The notes beneath the pieces were generated by a model. That model saw only the letters and a program-made list of their open reading frames with translations. It was not told where the DNA came from and did no database searches. Of a stretch of DNA of 64,000 nt, positions 1 to 12,100 are shown piece after piece. This stretch comes from Sminthopsis crassicaudata (Eukaryota). The stretch covers positions 657,398,361 to 657,462,360 of the forward strand of contig NC_133618.1 of the NCBI RefSeq assembly GCF_048593235.1, read 5' to 3'. The position numbers and the translations under genes are program-made. The first letter of the stretch is position 1. Every line of letters starts with the position of its first letter.

Positions 1-108
<108 letters not shown>

Positions 109-1255
109 TAAGGCCCTTTAGCTTTGGTGGAAAAAGCATCTCCTTAATGATGGTGCAGCATTGTTTGTAAGGTAACCTTGCAGACAGTTCTGAAACCCAA
201 CTGGCCCCTAATCACTTCCCTCTTCCTTATTCCCAAAGTTAGAGCCATCAGTAGTAATGATCTCATTTTTTTTTACACTCTAAGCATCTTACAACCCAAA
301 GCAGAAATGGGAAAGTCAGCCTGCTGTTCACTAAGATTAGGAACTCATGAAAATTTTGGAGTTTCATGAGGAGAGGCTAAATACTAATTTGCTCATTCGT
401 GCAGTAGAATAATGTACAAGACACCCCATCTCTAAGGGCTGCATTGAATTTCTGCGTTTTCACCTTAGGATCCCATGCCTGGAATTCTCCCCTTCTATCC
501 ATTCATCTCCTGGCCTCCCTAGCTTCAAGTTCCATCTAAATCCCTCTGCAAGGAGGATCTGTGGTCCTTCTTGTTATTAGTGCCCTTCCTCTGGGATTAT
601 CTCCACTTTATCCACTTATAGCTTATTTGTTCATAATTATTTGTATGCAGTCTCTCTCCTTAAGAGCAGAAACTGTTTTCTTTCAATCTTTGTTTACCCA
701 GTATTTAGTACAATGTCTAGCTTTGTGGGCATAGTAGATGCTCGATGGCTGACTATAATATTCAGTTCTTCCCTTCCACTGGTCTTGTCATATCTGTGGA
801 CATGAGACTCTCCACTTCCCAGCTCCAGCAATGTTATCACTACATGGTAACATCAGCCAATTTGATTTCAGCATTTCATACCTATCTAATTAGTATCTGA
901 GTCGCTGTTGGGATTCAGATCACAGACCATGGCTAGTGACATCTTAGTATTCCTGGATTCTTCCTTAGTTGAGTTTATATTGAAAGGTGAGAAGAGTTGA
1001 AATCATGTTGTCTGCTTCTAAGCTAAGTCTCTACTTCTAGAGAGGGAATGGGGGAAATGTGACACACTACTCTACCATATTTGATAACATGGAAAACATG
1101 ACTTATTTATGCACTGAATCCCGTTTTTTACTGTTAGAGCAGCATCTAGTTTTTAGCCAAAATAATTCTGGGAATAGAATGACAACCATAAATCTAACTT
1201 CCTGGGTGGAGGGGAAAAAAAGTTTTTCAAAACTAAATCAAAAGATGTATAATGA

Positions 1256-1380
1256 GGTGGAATACCAGCTCTGAAGTTGGGAGGCCCCGAGTTCAACTAT
1301 GGCCTAGGACACTTAACACTTCCTGGCTGTGTCCTAGGCAAGTCACTTAATTCCAATTGCTTCAGGGGAAAAAAAGAAAG
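1256..1380 (+). mobile_element. 5'-truncated WSINE1-type CORE-SINE in MICU1 last intron
   Basis: B-box-like GAGTTCAA, CORE tail ...GGCAAGTCACTTAA..CCAATTGC and A-rich tail; 15-bp TSD aaagatgtataatga at 1241-1255 and 1381-1395. Confidence 0.85.
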
Positions 1381-2361
1381 AAAGATGTATAATGAAGTCA
1401 TTATTAGTGATCAGCAGTTCCCAGGAACTCTTAAGCTGGGTGCTGTACAATTTTGTGATGCAGGAAATCTATAGAGACCAATAAGAAAAAGTCAAAGCAG
1501 AGTTCTTATTCAAAATGAACTCAAGATGTTGGACCATCCAGTTTGAGAGAGAAGTCAGACATTGGTGTTGAATCTGAAACTCTAAGAATGAATTCAGGAC
1601 CTCAGAAGTCTTGTCCTGACCCAGAAAAACAAACCAAGTTTCCAGTAGGTACCAGGACTTCCTCGAGCAGATTCTAAACTTGGTTTAATTCTGAACTGAG
1701 GAGTTGGGGGTGGGGGGTTGATATTGATTCCAGAGAATTAACACCATGAATAAGGATGCCAGCTTGACTTTGAAGTTGCAACCTAAACCTTCAGGGCACA
1801 GGAAAAAATACTACTGCTTTTGAATGTAGAAACCCAGCCCTCACCTAGAGAATACCGGTATCCCGTGCTGGGAGTGCCCCAGAGTCCTGACACTCCCCAG
1901 CAGCAGCCAAAGAAGCAAGGCCTGTGCCTGTGCCCACGGGAAGTGGTCCCTGAAGCCAGCTCTGGCCCGATCCAGCCACTTACCCTCTGAGCTTCATATT
2001 GCTTTTATGTCAGATGAGAGGTTCGACTAGAAGATCCCAAGGGCCCTTTCACCCCCCAAATTCTGAATCATTGAAGCATAAAATCAAAGGCTTTATCCCT
2101 TAGGACCCCAGAGATTATCTAGTTGGACCTGACTTACCTGACAGATCAGGACCATGAAAACTCAGCATTAAATAGGTTGGGGAGAATCAACAGCCAGAAG
2201 TTTGCTTTGGGTTTTGAGAGTCAGTTACACTAAGGATGATGTCATCTGTTATTATTGGGTCACCCAGTGCCTGCCGCACCCCCGCCGCACCCCCTCACCA
2301 CGGCCATTGAGATTTTGGCTCAGGAGGCTCTGGTAACGCCATCTCTGCTTCTCTCCTCCAG

Positions 2362-2519
2362 GCAATGGGGAGCTGAGCAACAAAGAGTTTGTCTCCATCA
2401 TGAAGCAGCGACTCATGAGGGGCCTGGAGAAGCCTAAGGATATGGGCTTCACTCGCCTAATGAAGGCCATGTGGAAGTGTGCTCAAGAGACTGCCTGGGA
2501 CTTTGCCCTCCCCAAATAG
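2362..2519 (+). CDS. MICU1: MICU1 last coding exon ([52 protein letters not shown])
   Basis: ctctcctccAG acceptor at 2360-2361; phase-1 junction G|GC continues the frame of the previous exon; TAG at 2517-2519. Confidence 0.96.
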
Positions 2520-3074
2520 GGGTCTGCAGACTGCCCAAGCAGCCAGGGGACCTCCGCCATGAGGGAGGGGCTGCAGGAAAGGCCAGCCCTGCTTGTTCCC
2601 TTCAGAGGGCAGAGCCGGGTCGACCTCACCTGTCATTTCCTCCCTTTTTCCAGGACTTAGTCAACACAAGGAGCTCTCTCTGTGTCTCCTTCACTCTCCA
2701 CCTGCCCAGCCTGGCCTTTCAGAACGCCCGGCATTGTCCGTGTCACGTAATCAGGATTTTGACAGATGTAAGCTATGTGGGGTCTATGGGTAGGCCTGGA
2801 GTTTGAGGGTGACAGTGAGAGACTGAAGAAGCGCCCCCAGAGGAAACATTCAGTGCTCCCTTTCTTTCCTGCTTTGCTTTTACCTTAACAATATTTCTTA
2901 AAGGAAGTTCTTTGCTTTTCTCTTCACTTACTTTTCTAAGAGAACCCCATATTGGGAGAACTTCTGAACAGCAGGGCAAGTATCTGTGACCAGTGGAAAT
3001 GGAGGAAGCTTGGTCACTGTCGAAGGGTTTGTTTAGTTCCCCAGGTTAGCATTATGTCTAATTTGCTCTGAGAA

Positions 3075-3270
3075 AATAAAGGTCACCAAGAAAAAAACAC
3101 CACTGAACTGCTGATGTGTAACCAAGAATAGATGCAGAGCGCCAGGGCGGCAGTAACACAGGACTTAACGTCTCTTCCTGGCTGTGCCATTTCTGATGAT
3201 TTTCCCATGGGGGGGAGTATGGAATAATGCAGAGGCCTAGATCAGAATCCATATCTGTCCTTGCATTAAA
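3075..3270 (+). terminator. Candidate MICU1 poly(A) signals AATAAA (3075-3080) and ATTAAA (3265-3270)
   Basis: Hexamers 0.55-0.75 kb after the stop codon and before repeat-derived DNA begins. Which one is used cannot be determined from sequence. Confidence 0.5.
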
Positions 3271-3814
3271 TGCTCATGAAATATTGCCTTAATTATTCCA
3301 GTTTGCAGTAAGGTCTCCACAAGCTCCTGCTCCCATCTTTATCCCCAGCTGGGCTTTATCAGGTTTGAGTCCCCCACTGGTACAGATGGAAAATGGTGAT
3401 GAAGGTGACGGGGGCAGTTGGTCTGGGAATTCAACCCCCAACTCCAGATGCAGCCTCCCCACCAGCTGTGTGACTGAGGCCCAAGGTTCTTAACCGCCTG
3501 GGGAGCTTTAGATAGTTTTCTGGAGGATCAGTGAACTTGGATGAGAAGAAAGATACACTTGTATTGTCACAGCCCTCTAGCTAAAATGAATCACTTCCAT
3601 TACTTAGAAACATGAGTCTGAGAAGGATTCCAGAGGCTTCGCCCAAAGGGATCCATGAGAACCTCTGCTTTCTTTGCCATTTCTTTCAACTTATTTTACA
3701 AATGGGGAAAATGAGGCAGAGTGGCTTTTCTAGGGCCACACAGGTAAAAAGGACTCTGTTCTTCCTGAAGCCAGGGCCAGCCCTCTTTGCACTGTGGCAC
3801 CTGACTGACTGCAT

Positions 3815-4030
3815 ACCAGATTATCAGAGTTACTTTAGAAATAGACCAAATAATTCAAAGCAGTCCCAATGGCCAGAAAACACCATCTGCATCCAGAAAA
3901 AGAACTATGGAGACTGAATATATTAATCAACACATGCTCTGTTCACTTCTTTTTTTCTCTCTCCCATGGTTTTTCCCTTTTGCTCTTCCAACATGATTCA
4001 TTAAAGCAATATGTATTAAAACATAAATAA
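3815..4030 (+). mobile_element. L1 3'-end-derived element, short-tail variant (copy 1 of 3)
   Basis: gaaaacaccatctgcatccagaaaaagaactatggag...caacatgattcattaaagcaatatgtattaaaa; the same structure recurs at ~46590 and ~52255. Confidence 0.7.
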
Positions 4031-4619
4031 ATTTAAAGGAAAAGAAATAGATCAGATAATTCATTTGGAGGAATATCAAGTAATATAACAGGGAGTAAAA
4101 GTGGAAGAAATAAGACTCAGTTCTGCTAAATCTAAAAAAGTATTTCAGAACTAAAACCAAGACAATATGGCACTAAATTTCAATTATTAAAAAGCAGAAT
4201 AGGCTACACAAAATTAATGCCCATGGGTCCCAAGTTTGAGTCATTCACTCCATTCCAGAAGCATTTATTAAGCACCAACTTTATGCTAGGCACCAAACTT
4301 AGGGGCTGTGATAGAAACAGAGGCAGTATGAATCCTTTTTTCCTCAAGAAATTCACATTCTTTGGGGAGAATCGTCCACAGAGAAGGGGAAAAAAATATG
4401 TATATACAAAGAAATGGGAAGAGGACTAACAAACAACTGAGGGATCTTGAAGGACCCTCCTGAAGGAGGTAGCAATCGAAGTAAGCCTTTGAAGGAGAGG
4501 GATTCTAAGAGGCAATAAGCCCAAAACAGAAAACAGACAGGTGAAAAAGCAGGTTTAGATCAGCAACTATCACCACACAACCAATTCCAAATTAATAAAT
4601 TATCTAAATATAAATGTTA

Positions 4620-5213
4620 CTTTTTAAAATTAGAGAATGTGTCTGTCTTTTACAGTTATGCATGGAGAAAGATATAACCTGACTAGAGAGAGAAAAGAAT
4701 CTAAAAGGCAAAGTAGATAATTAAAATTTAAAAGCTATTTCATGAATAAAAGAGGATTAGAATCAGAAGAAAAGATATGGATGGAGGAAAAAATCCTATA
4801 CTGATAAAAATGATAGCCAAAATTTATAGGAAATTAATATAAACATATGTTTGAAAGTCCTCCAAAAGATAAGTGGTCAAGAGAGATAGGAGAAGCAATT
4901 TTCCTAAGAAGAAATAGTCTATTAATAACTATGTGAAAATATGTTCAATATCACTCAATTAGAAAAGTGCAAATTAAAGCAGTCCTGAAATATCACCTCA
5001 TACCCATAAAGCCAGCAAAGATGCTAAAAAGATAGCAAAGCTGGTTGGAGGATCTTGGGGGAAAGAGGCACAATCATTCACTGCTGATAGAGCTGCAAAT
5101 TGGTCTAGCTGTTCAGGAAAATAAATTGGGATTATGAAAGAAAAGGCACTAAATTATTCATACTCAGACCCAGAGACTCCATTTCCAGAACTATGGCCCA
5201 AGGAGATTGCTGG

Positions 5214-5252
<39 letters not shown>

Positions 5253-5470
5253 CCCCTAGTTTCAAAAAATGTTATAGCGAGGTTATTTATGACAAAAAAA
5301 GCTGAAAACAAAATGTATATCCAATATTTAGGGACTGGCTAAACAAACTGACATGTGAATGTGATGGATTACTATTACTGTGCCATAAAGAAAGACAAAA
5401 GTAAAGAAAGCAGAGTCAAGAGAACAATATAAAGAAGTTACAATATAAACAAAGCTGCAATAGAGGCAAC
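4620..5470 (+). mobile_element. Degraded L1 ORF2 C-terminal fragments with an internal A33 run (5218-5250)
   Basis: A-rich, decayed L1 motifs (tcactcaattagaaaagtgcaaattaaagc..gaaatatcacctcataccc; ctgctgatagagctgcaaattggtc). Confidence 0.6.
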
Positions 5471-7604
5471 AAAATTATGGTCAAATACAAGCCATATGTT
5501 AATACCGTGCTGCCAAAATTAATCCTCCTCTGTTAACCCATGATTAAACTGTTTTAGGGAATATTTAAGTTGTAAGGCGGCTTATTTGGGTATTTATGGG
5601 AAATTCTGTTGTATCAACACAGTTTTTAAAAATGTATTAAAACTTAAATACAAAAGAGAAAAAGACAAAAAGTGTGTCATGTGCACAGAACATGAGGATT
5701 CAAAGTATGAAACAATATCTCATTTCAAGAAAGCCTATATAATAATAAATACTGTTACACATTGTGTTCAGAGCTGTACTTTTTTTTTTTTTGGCCTCCT
5801 TTAGGTTTTCTTTTGTTCTGTGCCACTTTATTCTGTTTTTCCCCTTTTCTTCCCTCCACTTTCCCCAAGAAAACTACAATTACATACAGATACGTGTATG
5901 TATATGCACATAACACATTAATATCTATAATCACATATATATTCATGTACATCTGTGTAAGGCTATATTGTACTTGTTCTGTTTTTCTGAAAGTACATGA
6001 CATCATCCTTTCTAAGCCCAAGTCTTTAAGTATTTTTCTAAACCCACCAACTCATCATTTCTACACCATGGCAGTTTTCCAATCTTATACTGTCTGGTTA
6101 TTTTAAGTAGTCCAAAACAGTATTAATATGGCTGACATATAGCACAATTTCCTTATTTTTTTCCTCTTTTGATTCAATTTATTATAGCTTTAACTTTGAG
6201 ATCAGTGATTACTACCTCGGAGTTTTTTTCCTAATAAATTCTACTCCATTTCACTACTATCATTATATTTGTGTGTACCTCTTACTTCCTATCCCTACTG
6301 GCTCCTCTTCTTTACTTCCTCCTGCTGCCTTGCTTTGCTGTTACTTAACCTATCCTGCCTCCAAGGATTCCTTCCTTATTTTCTCCCCCCACCTTTTCTT
6401 TCCCTCATTTTTCCCAGTCCCATTAATCTATACAGGCTACCCCATTCCCATTAATTTACACATCCTTTTATAGCCCCCTCCCATGGTATTCCCCACCCCC
6501 TCTAGTTCACAATTTTTAAAAATGTAGGCTGGAAGTGAGGTCATATTGAATAATACATAAACACGAAGATGATGTGGACTACTGAACCCCTATCATATGC
6601 AGCATCAAATGCTGAATACTTTGCAGTTTACAGAGAATAATAAAACAATTGTCCTAATAAAAAAAAGTCTGTACTCCCCCCCCCCCTCAAAACCTGAAGC
6701 TGGGGAGGGGGAAAGGGAGAGGGGGAGAGGGAGTGCCCATTGCCTGAAAAATAAAAAAGACTAAAGTCCTTAGCCAGCATTTAATGTGCACCCCAGCTCC
6801 CCTTCTAAGCACTAGATCTCACTACTGCTAAACTGAATCACTAGGGTTTACCAATCTCACCCTAATGTCTCCTGCTTTTCTATATTTACAAAAACCATCC
6901 AAATAGACCATGGAGTACAAAATGGCACTTGGTCATTAGCCGGCCTTATTCTAACCAATTTGACAGATCTTAAAATGTATTTCCATCATGTCATTTCCCT
7001 TCCCTACTCAAAAATTGGTTTTCTATTTTCTATAACATCAAATCTAAATTCAGCCTGATTTTCAAGTTCCTCCATAATCAGCCCCTGCCCTTACTCATAC
7101 TACTTTTCTAACCAGGCTTCCCAGCTTCTAGCCTCCTTTCCACTTGGTTGTCTTCCTAGCCAGGTGCTTCGGGTCCACAAAGGGACCATATTCATTCACA
7201 TCTCTGAACCTCCACTCACGTTTGTGCTCTTGCTATCTGTTTGCCCTTTCTAGCCACTCATGTAAAGCTCAGTCCTAACTCTACTTCCTCTGGGAAGCCT
7301 TCCCTTAATGCTCCAAGCCCATGGCACTCTGAATTCCAGTACTGCTAGCTTTGGTCACACAACTTGGTACCAATATTCCTACATTTTCATTGTATGTGTG
7401 GGAGTCTTCTCTCCCACTAGATGGCCATGGCTGAGCTATAGACACAGAATGACTCAAATATTTATCAATTACTCCTGAGCACCTCTATGTGCTAGACAGA
7501 AACACATCCAAATTAACTACTTAATTATACAGACAGGAATTGTCCCCAAGCCACACCTCTGGTTGTACATGGTCTAGATTCAGTCTTGAGACAATTTTCA
7601 CAAA

Positions 7605-7770
7605 NNNNNNNNNNNNNNNNNNNNNNNNNNNNNNNNNNNNNNNNNNNNNNNNNNNNNNNNNNNNNNNNNNNNNNNNNNNNNNNNNNNNNNNNNNNNNNNN
7701 NNNNNNNNNNNNNNNNNNNNNNNNNNNNNNNNNNNNNNNNNNNNNNNNNNNNNNNNNNNNNNNNNNNNNN
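7605..7770. other. Assembly gap (166 N)
   Basis: Run of N characters. Confidence 1.
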
Positions 7771-7859
7771 NAATTATCTCTATTACAAAGACAAAGGGCC
7801 ATTTACCTCCGATAAAAGCACTAAAGTTAGCAATGTACATCAGAATATAGTTCATGTAA

Positions 7860-8008
7860 GGGCAGCTAGGTGGCGCAGTGGATAGAGCACCAGCCTTGAA
7901 TTCAGGAAGACCCGAGTTTAAATCTAGCCTCAGACATTTAACACCTCCTAGCTGTCTGACCCTGGGGCAAGTCACTTAACCCCAGCCTTAGAAAAAAAAA
8001 AAAAAAAA
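7860..8008 (+). mobile_element. Full-length WSINE1-type SINE
   Basis: GGGCAGCTAGGTGGCGCAGTGGATAGAGCAC head (tRNA-derived A box), CORE and poly(A); perfect 18-bp TSD agaatatagttcatgtaa at 7842-7859 and 8009-8026. Confidence 0.93.
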
Positions 8009-9547
8009 AGAATATAGTTCATGTAACAGTCTCTACAGAGAAGGGCAAAGGTCCCCTACTCCCATAAAAGCAGCCATCAAATACAGAACGGGCCTTATTT
8101 CATCTGAAAGTGCAGGTGGTGCAGGTTTCTCATGCAGGGACCTTAAAATGAGACTGTAGTCTAACTCTTCTTATTCCCTCACCTCAATCTGTGTGAGCTT
8201 TTCCCTTTTAATCCAATCTAGGTCACTCATAAGTGCCCACTGTGTTTTAAGACTTGTGCTAGGCACTAGTGATAAAAATATTCAATGAGAAACAATTCTG
8301 GGCTTTATAGAGCTTATGTTCTACAAAGCACCAGGCAGCTAGGAGGGCGGAGTAGGTAAAACACTAGGAAGACCCAAGTTAGAATCCTGACTCAAATACT
8401 TACTTAGTAGTTGTATGATTCTGCTTTTCACAATCTCTGCCCAAGTTTCCTCATCTGCAAAATGGGTATAACAATAGCTCCTACACCACAGATTAGTTGG
8501 GAAGATCAATTGAGATTACACAAGGAAAGCACTTTGCTAACCTTAAATTAAGCCCTCTATAAATACTAATGAATTCATTGTTTATAAGTAGGGGGAAGAG
8601 AGAGAGGGACTAGACTCCTATGATTCACTGATATAAGGAATCTCCTAGGTTGTCAGCTGTCTCTACCAATCACCTTCTCTCAAGATAAGGAATTACCTAA
8701 AGCACTGGGTTCAAGTGACTTACCAAGATCTCATAGCTAGTCTAGATCAGAGACTGAACTTAAATTGGGGGCTCCCAGGCCCTGAGGTGCCAACTGATAT
8801 CAGTGCAGCACCCCACATCCTAAACCACTCAACTCATTTCAGCCAGTATTTGTACCCCATTTATCTATAAGATTCACATTAAGATTGAGCATAGAAATAT
8901 ATCAAACAGTTCTTTCCAGTGAAGAATTTACTATCTGATTGGGGGACATTTCAAATATGCATCTGTGCAGAGAAAATAAATTAAAAATCATTTTCCTGAG
9001 GTAGGCCAGGAAATGGCATTTGATCTGAGTTTCAAAGAAACTAGGAATCCTAAAAGGCTGAGGAGAGGAAGGAGAAGTGTGCTCCAGGCATAGGGAACAG
9101 TGTGGGCAAAAGCACTGAGAGAGAAGATGCAATGTGCTGTATGGGGAACATGAGGGAGGCCAGTTTGACTAGATTATTGACCTCATGATGGGACAGGAAA
9201 GACCGCTGGAGCCAGGCAAGACAACCTTTAGGAAGCTAAGTCCAAGAGTGTGGCTCTGGTTTTTTTAGTTCCAAATTTTCTGCCTTCCTCCATCCATTGA
9301 GGACAGCAATATGACCCCTATTACACCCATATAAAGCACATTTCCATATTAGCCATGTTGAAAAGAAAAAAAGGCAAGGACAATAAAGTGAAAGGAAACA
9401 TACCTCCCTCAGTCATCCTTACTTGGCAGCAATGAGCCAGTCAGCACCAGGACCCAATACTCAGTCACACCCCATTGAAGAAGCTTCATGAGAGGCAGAG
9501 CAAAGGCTCTGATTCAGGGGCAGCAGAGTTGCTTCTCTTTTCTGGGA

Positions 9548-9748
9548 TAGGGGCTCTTAACTTTGGGTCCTCAAAGCATCTGTAGATAGATTTAAGGGCA
9601 TCCACGAACTTGGATGGAGGGGAAAATCTTTATTTCAATAGAATTGGTTTCCTTTCTAATCCCCATGCATTTTATTTGACGCAGTTAAAAACATGATTTG
9701 GAGGTGTCCACAGGCCTCTTCAAACTACCAAAAGGATTAAGGACCCTG
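9548..9748. mobile_element. Non-autonomous hAT/Charlie-like DNA transposon (MITE) remnant
   Basis: Imperfect terminal inverted repeats (aggggctcttaac ... ttaaggaccctg). The internal sequence atttcaatagaattggtttcc...ttatttgacgca is shared with a second copy at 32237-32404. Confidence 0.65.
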
Positions 9749-9854
9749 TTCTACAGAGAAACACTTTAGATGTCAGAACTTTGACCTCCTTTTGGGCATA
9801 TCTCCTACCCATTGGCACAAGCCAAGCACCATGGGAATAACTCGGATTAGTCAT

Positions 9855-10646
9855 TGTAGGGTAGAGTAAACAAGCCAGGACTTGGAAAGTGACTCCCCAA
9901 ACAAGGAAGTAGCGCAGCAGGAACTAGGCTTAGACCAACACCTTTTCCATACTCATAGATGTCACCTAATTCAAAGAGGGGACCCCAAAACTCTGAAAAT
10001 TCTTGAAGGAGAAAATCTCCTTCAACTCTGCCTCAGTGAGGGACCCTGCCCTGAGGAACAGTTTCATCCTTGTTATCTGGATGGGGTTGGCTCAGTCCTG
10101 AAACTCATTGAATTCAATTCAAATTCCAGCTCAAGCTGAAACACAGCATGGAGCCAACTTGGGACTCCACCCATGAGCCCCCTTCAGCTTGTAGCCAAAG
10201 CTCCTATTATAAAAGAGCCAAACTAAAACCCTCTTTTTGCAGAGATTCCAAACATGCCAGCTATACCATGCTTGGAATGCCAAAGAGCCTCTTTCCACTG
10301 GAATAGTCTTTCTAGTACCAACCTCTCCTTACCCTCACCTATTTCTCTAGCCAAACTTTGTGGCTCTCTGTCAGGATTTCTAAACGTACTTCCAATCCCC
10401 ATAATAAACCCTTTTATCAATCTAGGTTTTTGGGTCTATAAATTCTTTTACAGAGAACCTCCATACTGCTAAAAGGAAGTCCCCAAAACTTCCTATCCTT
10501 GTGCCAAATCCCAAGGGGTTGCAGGGGAGCCAAACCTCTCCATTTGGTTCCCTGAACCCCTAACCAGCCACTAGATCTTATCATTTAACTCCCTGACTAC
10601 CAGAAACCCTAATTTCATTTTGGTTTCCTAAATCTAAACCTCATCA
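9855..10646 (+). mobile_element. ERV solo-LTR-like element
   Basis: TG...CA ends, TATAAAA at 10208-10214 and AATAAA at 10403-10408; 15-bp exact motif shared with the LTR-like element at 54.6 kb. No TSD found, so the boundaries are approximate. Confidence 0.65.
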
Positions 10647-10725
10647 CTAACATTAAAGATGATTTCAAAAAAGAAGAGAAACCGTTTATAGACCTCTCAT
10701 AGCTCTGGATAGGAGATATATTCTT

Positions 10726-11481
10726 TTTTTTTTTTTTAAATTAAAGCTTTTTATTTTCAAAACATATGCATAGATAATTTTTCAACATTGACTCTTGCAA
10801 AACCTTGTGTTCCAAATTTCCCCCCTTTCCCCTCACCCCTCCCAGATGACAAGTAATCCAATATATGTTAAACATATGCAATTCTTCTGTACGTATTTCC
10901 ACATTTATCTTGCTGCACAAGAAAAATCTGATCAAAAAAGGAGAAAAAAAATTAAAACAAAAAGCAAACAACAGAAAGTGAAAATACTATGTTGTGATTC
11001 ACATTCAGTCCCCATAGTCCTCTCTAGGAGTGAAGATAGCTCTCTTCATCATAAGACCATTGGAACGCTTGAATTATCTCATTGTTGAGAAGTGCCACAT
11101 CCATCAGAATCGATCATCATATAATGTTGTTGCTGTGTACATTGTTCTCCTGGTTCTACTCACTTCACTTAGCATCAGTTCATGTAAGTCTCTCCAGGCC
11201 TTTCTGTATTCCTTCTGCTGGTCATTTCTTACAGAACAATAATATTCCATAACATACATATACCATAACTTACTCAGCCATTCTCCAACTGATGGGCATC
11301 CATTCAGTTTCCAGTTTCTAGCCACTACAAAAAAGGCCACCACAAATATTTTTGCACATGTGAGTCCTTTTCCTTTTTTATGATCTCTTTGGAATATAGA
11401 CCTAGTAGAGAGACTGCTGGATTAAAGGGTATGCACAGTTTGATAGCCCTTTGGGCATAGTTCCAAATTGCTCTAAAGAAA
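10726..11481 (-). mobile_element. 5'-truncated L1 (ORF2 C-terminus plus 3'UTR) inserted into an older L1
   Basis: Poly(T) start; minus-strand ORF 11104-11343 (VVARNWKLNGCPSVGEWLSKLWYMYVMEYY) is typical of the L1 ORF2 C-terminus; 13-bp TSD gagatatattctt at 10713-10725 and 11482-11494. Confidence 0.92.
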
Positions 11482-11494
11482 GAGATATATTCTT

Positions 11495-12100
11495 GACTAA
11501 ATGAGAAATAGAGGCAATTACCAAAAATATAATGGATTACTTTTATTACATGAACCTGAAAAGTTTCTACACAGATGAAATCAATGAATCTAGGATAAGA
11601 AAAAAAATGATCAAATGGGGGGAAATTTTTTTTATCAAATTAGCATACATAGAACAGAACCGGGAGAACATTGTACACATTAAAGCAAAATTACGTTATG
11701 TGATGATCAATTATGGTAGACTTAGCTCTTTCCAGCAATTAAGTGATCCAAAATAATTCCAATAGACTTGTCATAGAAAATGTCATCCACATCCAAAGAG
11801 AACTATGGAGATTGAATATGGGTCAAAGTATAGTATTTTCACCTTTGTTTATTTGTATGCTTTTTTTTCCCCTTTTGGTTTGATTTTTCTTGCACAACAT
11901 GATAGATATGGAAATATGTTTAAAGGAAGTCCTAATTTACATGTATAACCTATTATCAGATTGCTTACTATGAGGGGAGCAGGAAGAGGAAGAAAGAGAG
12001 AGAGGAAGGAAATAATTGGAACACAAAATCTTACAGAAATGAATCTTACAAACTACCTTTACATGTAATTGGAAAAATAAAATACTCTGAAAAAATTAGC
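11495..12100 (+). mobile_element. Older L1: ORF2 remnant (resumes after the nested insert) plus a 3'UTR fragment
   Basis: ORF 11532-11756 MDYFYYMNLKSFYTDEINESRIRKK..WGEIF is L1 ORF2-like and continues from 10650-10725. A marsupial L1 3'UTR follows from ~11640. Confidence 0.75.

Noticed and set aside
6565-6620. Possible C/D-box snoRNA (atgatgt ... ctga)
   Set aside because: The C box is imperfect, there is no terminal stem, it is too short, and it is not in an intron of a host gene.
7414-7427. CTCF-like CCACTAGATGGCCA
   Set aside because: It lies in what looks like a decayed L2/MIR 3' end (tctctcccactag..) in CpG-poor DNA; the motif alone is insufficient.
7521-7975. ORFs containing X runs
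   Set aside because: Artefacts of the N gap.
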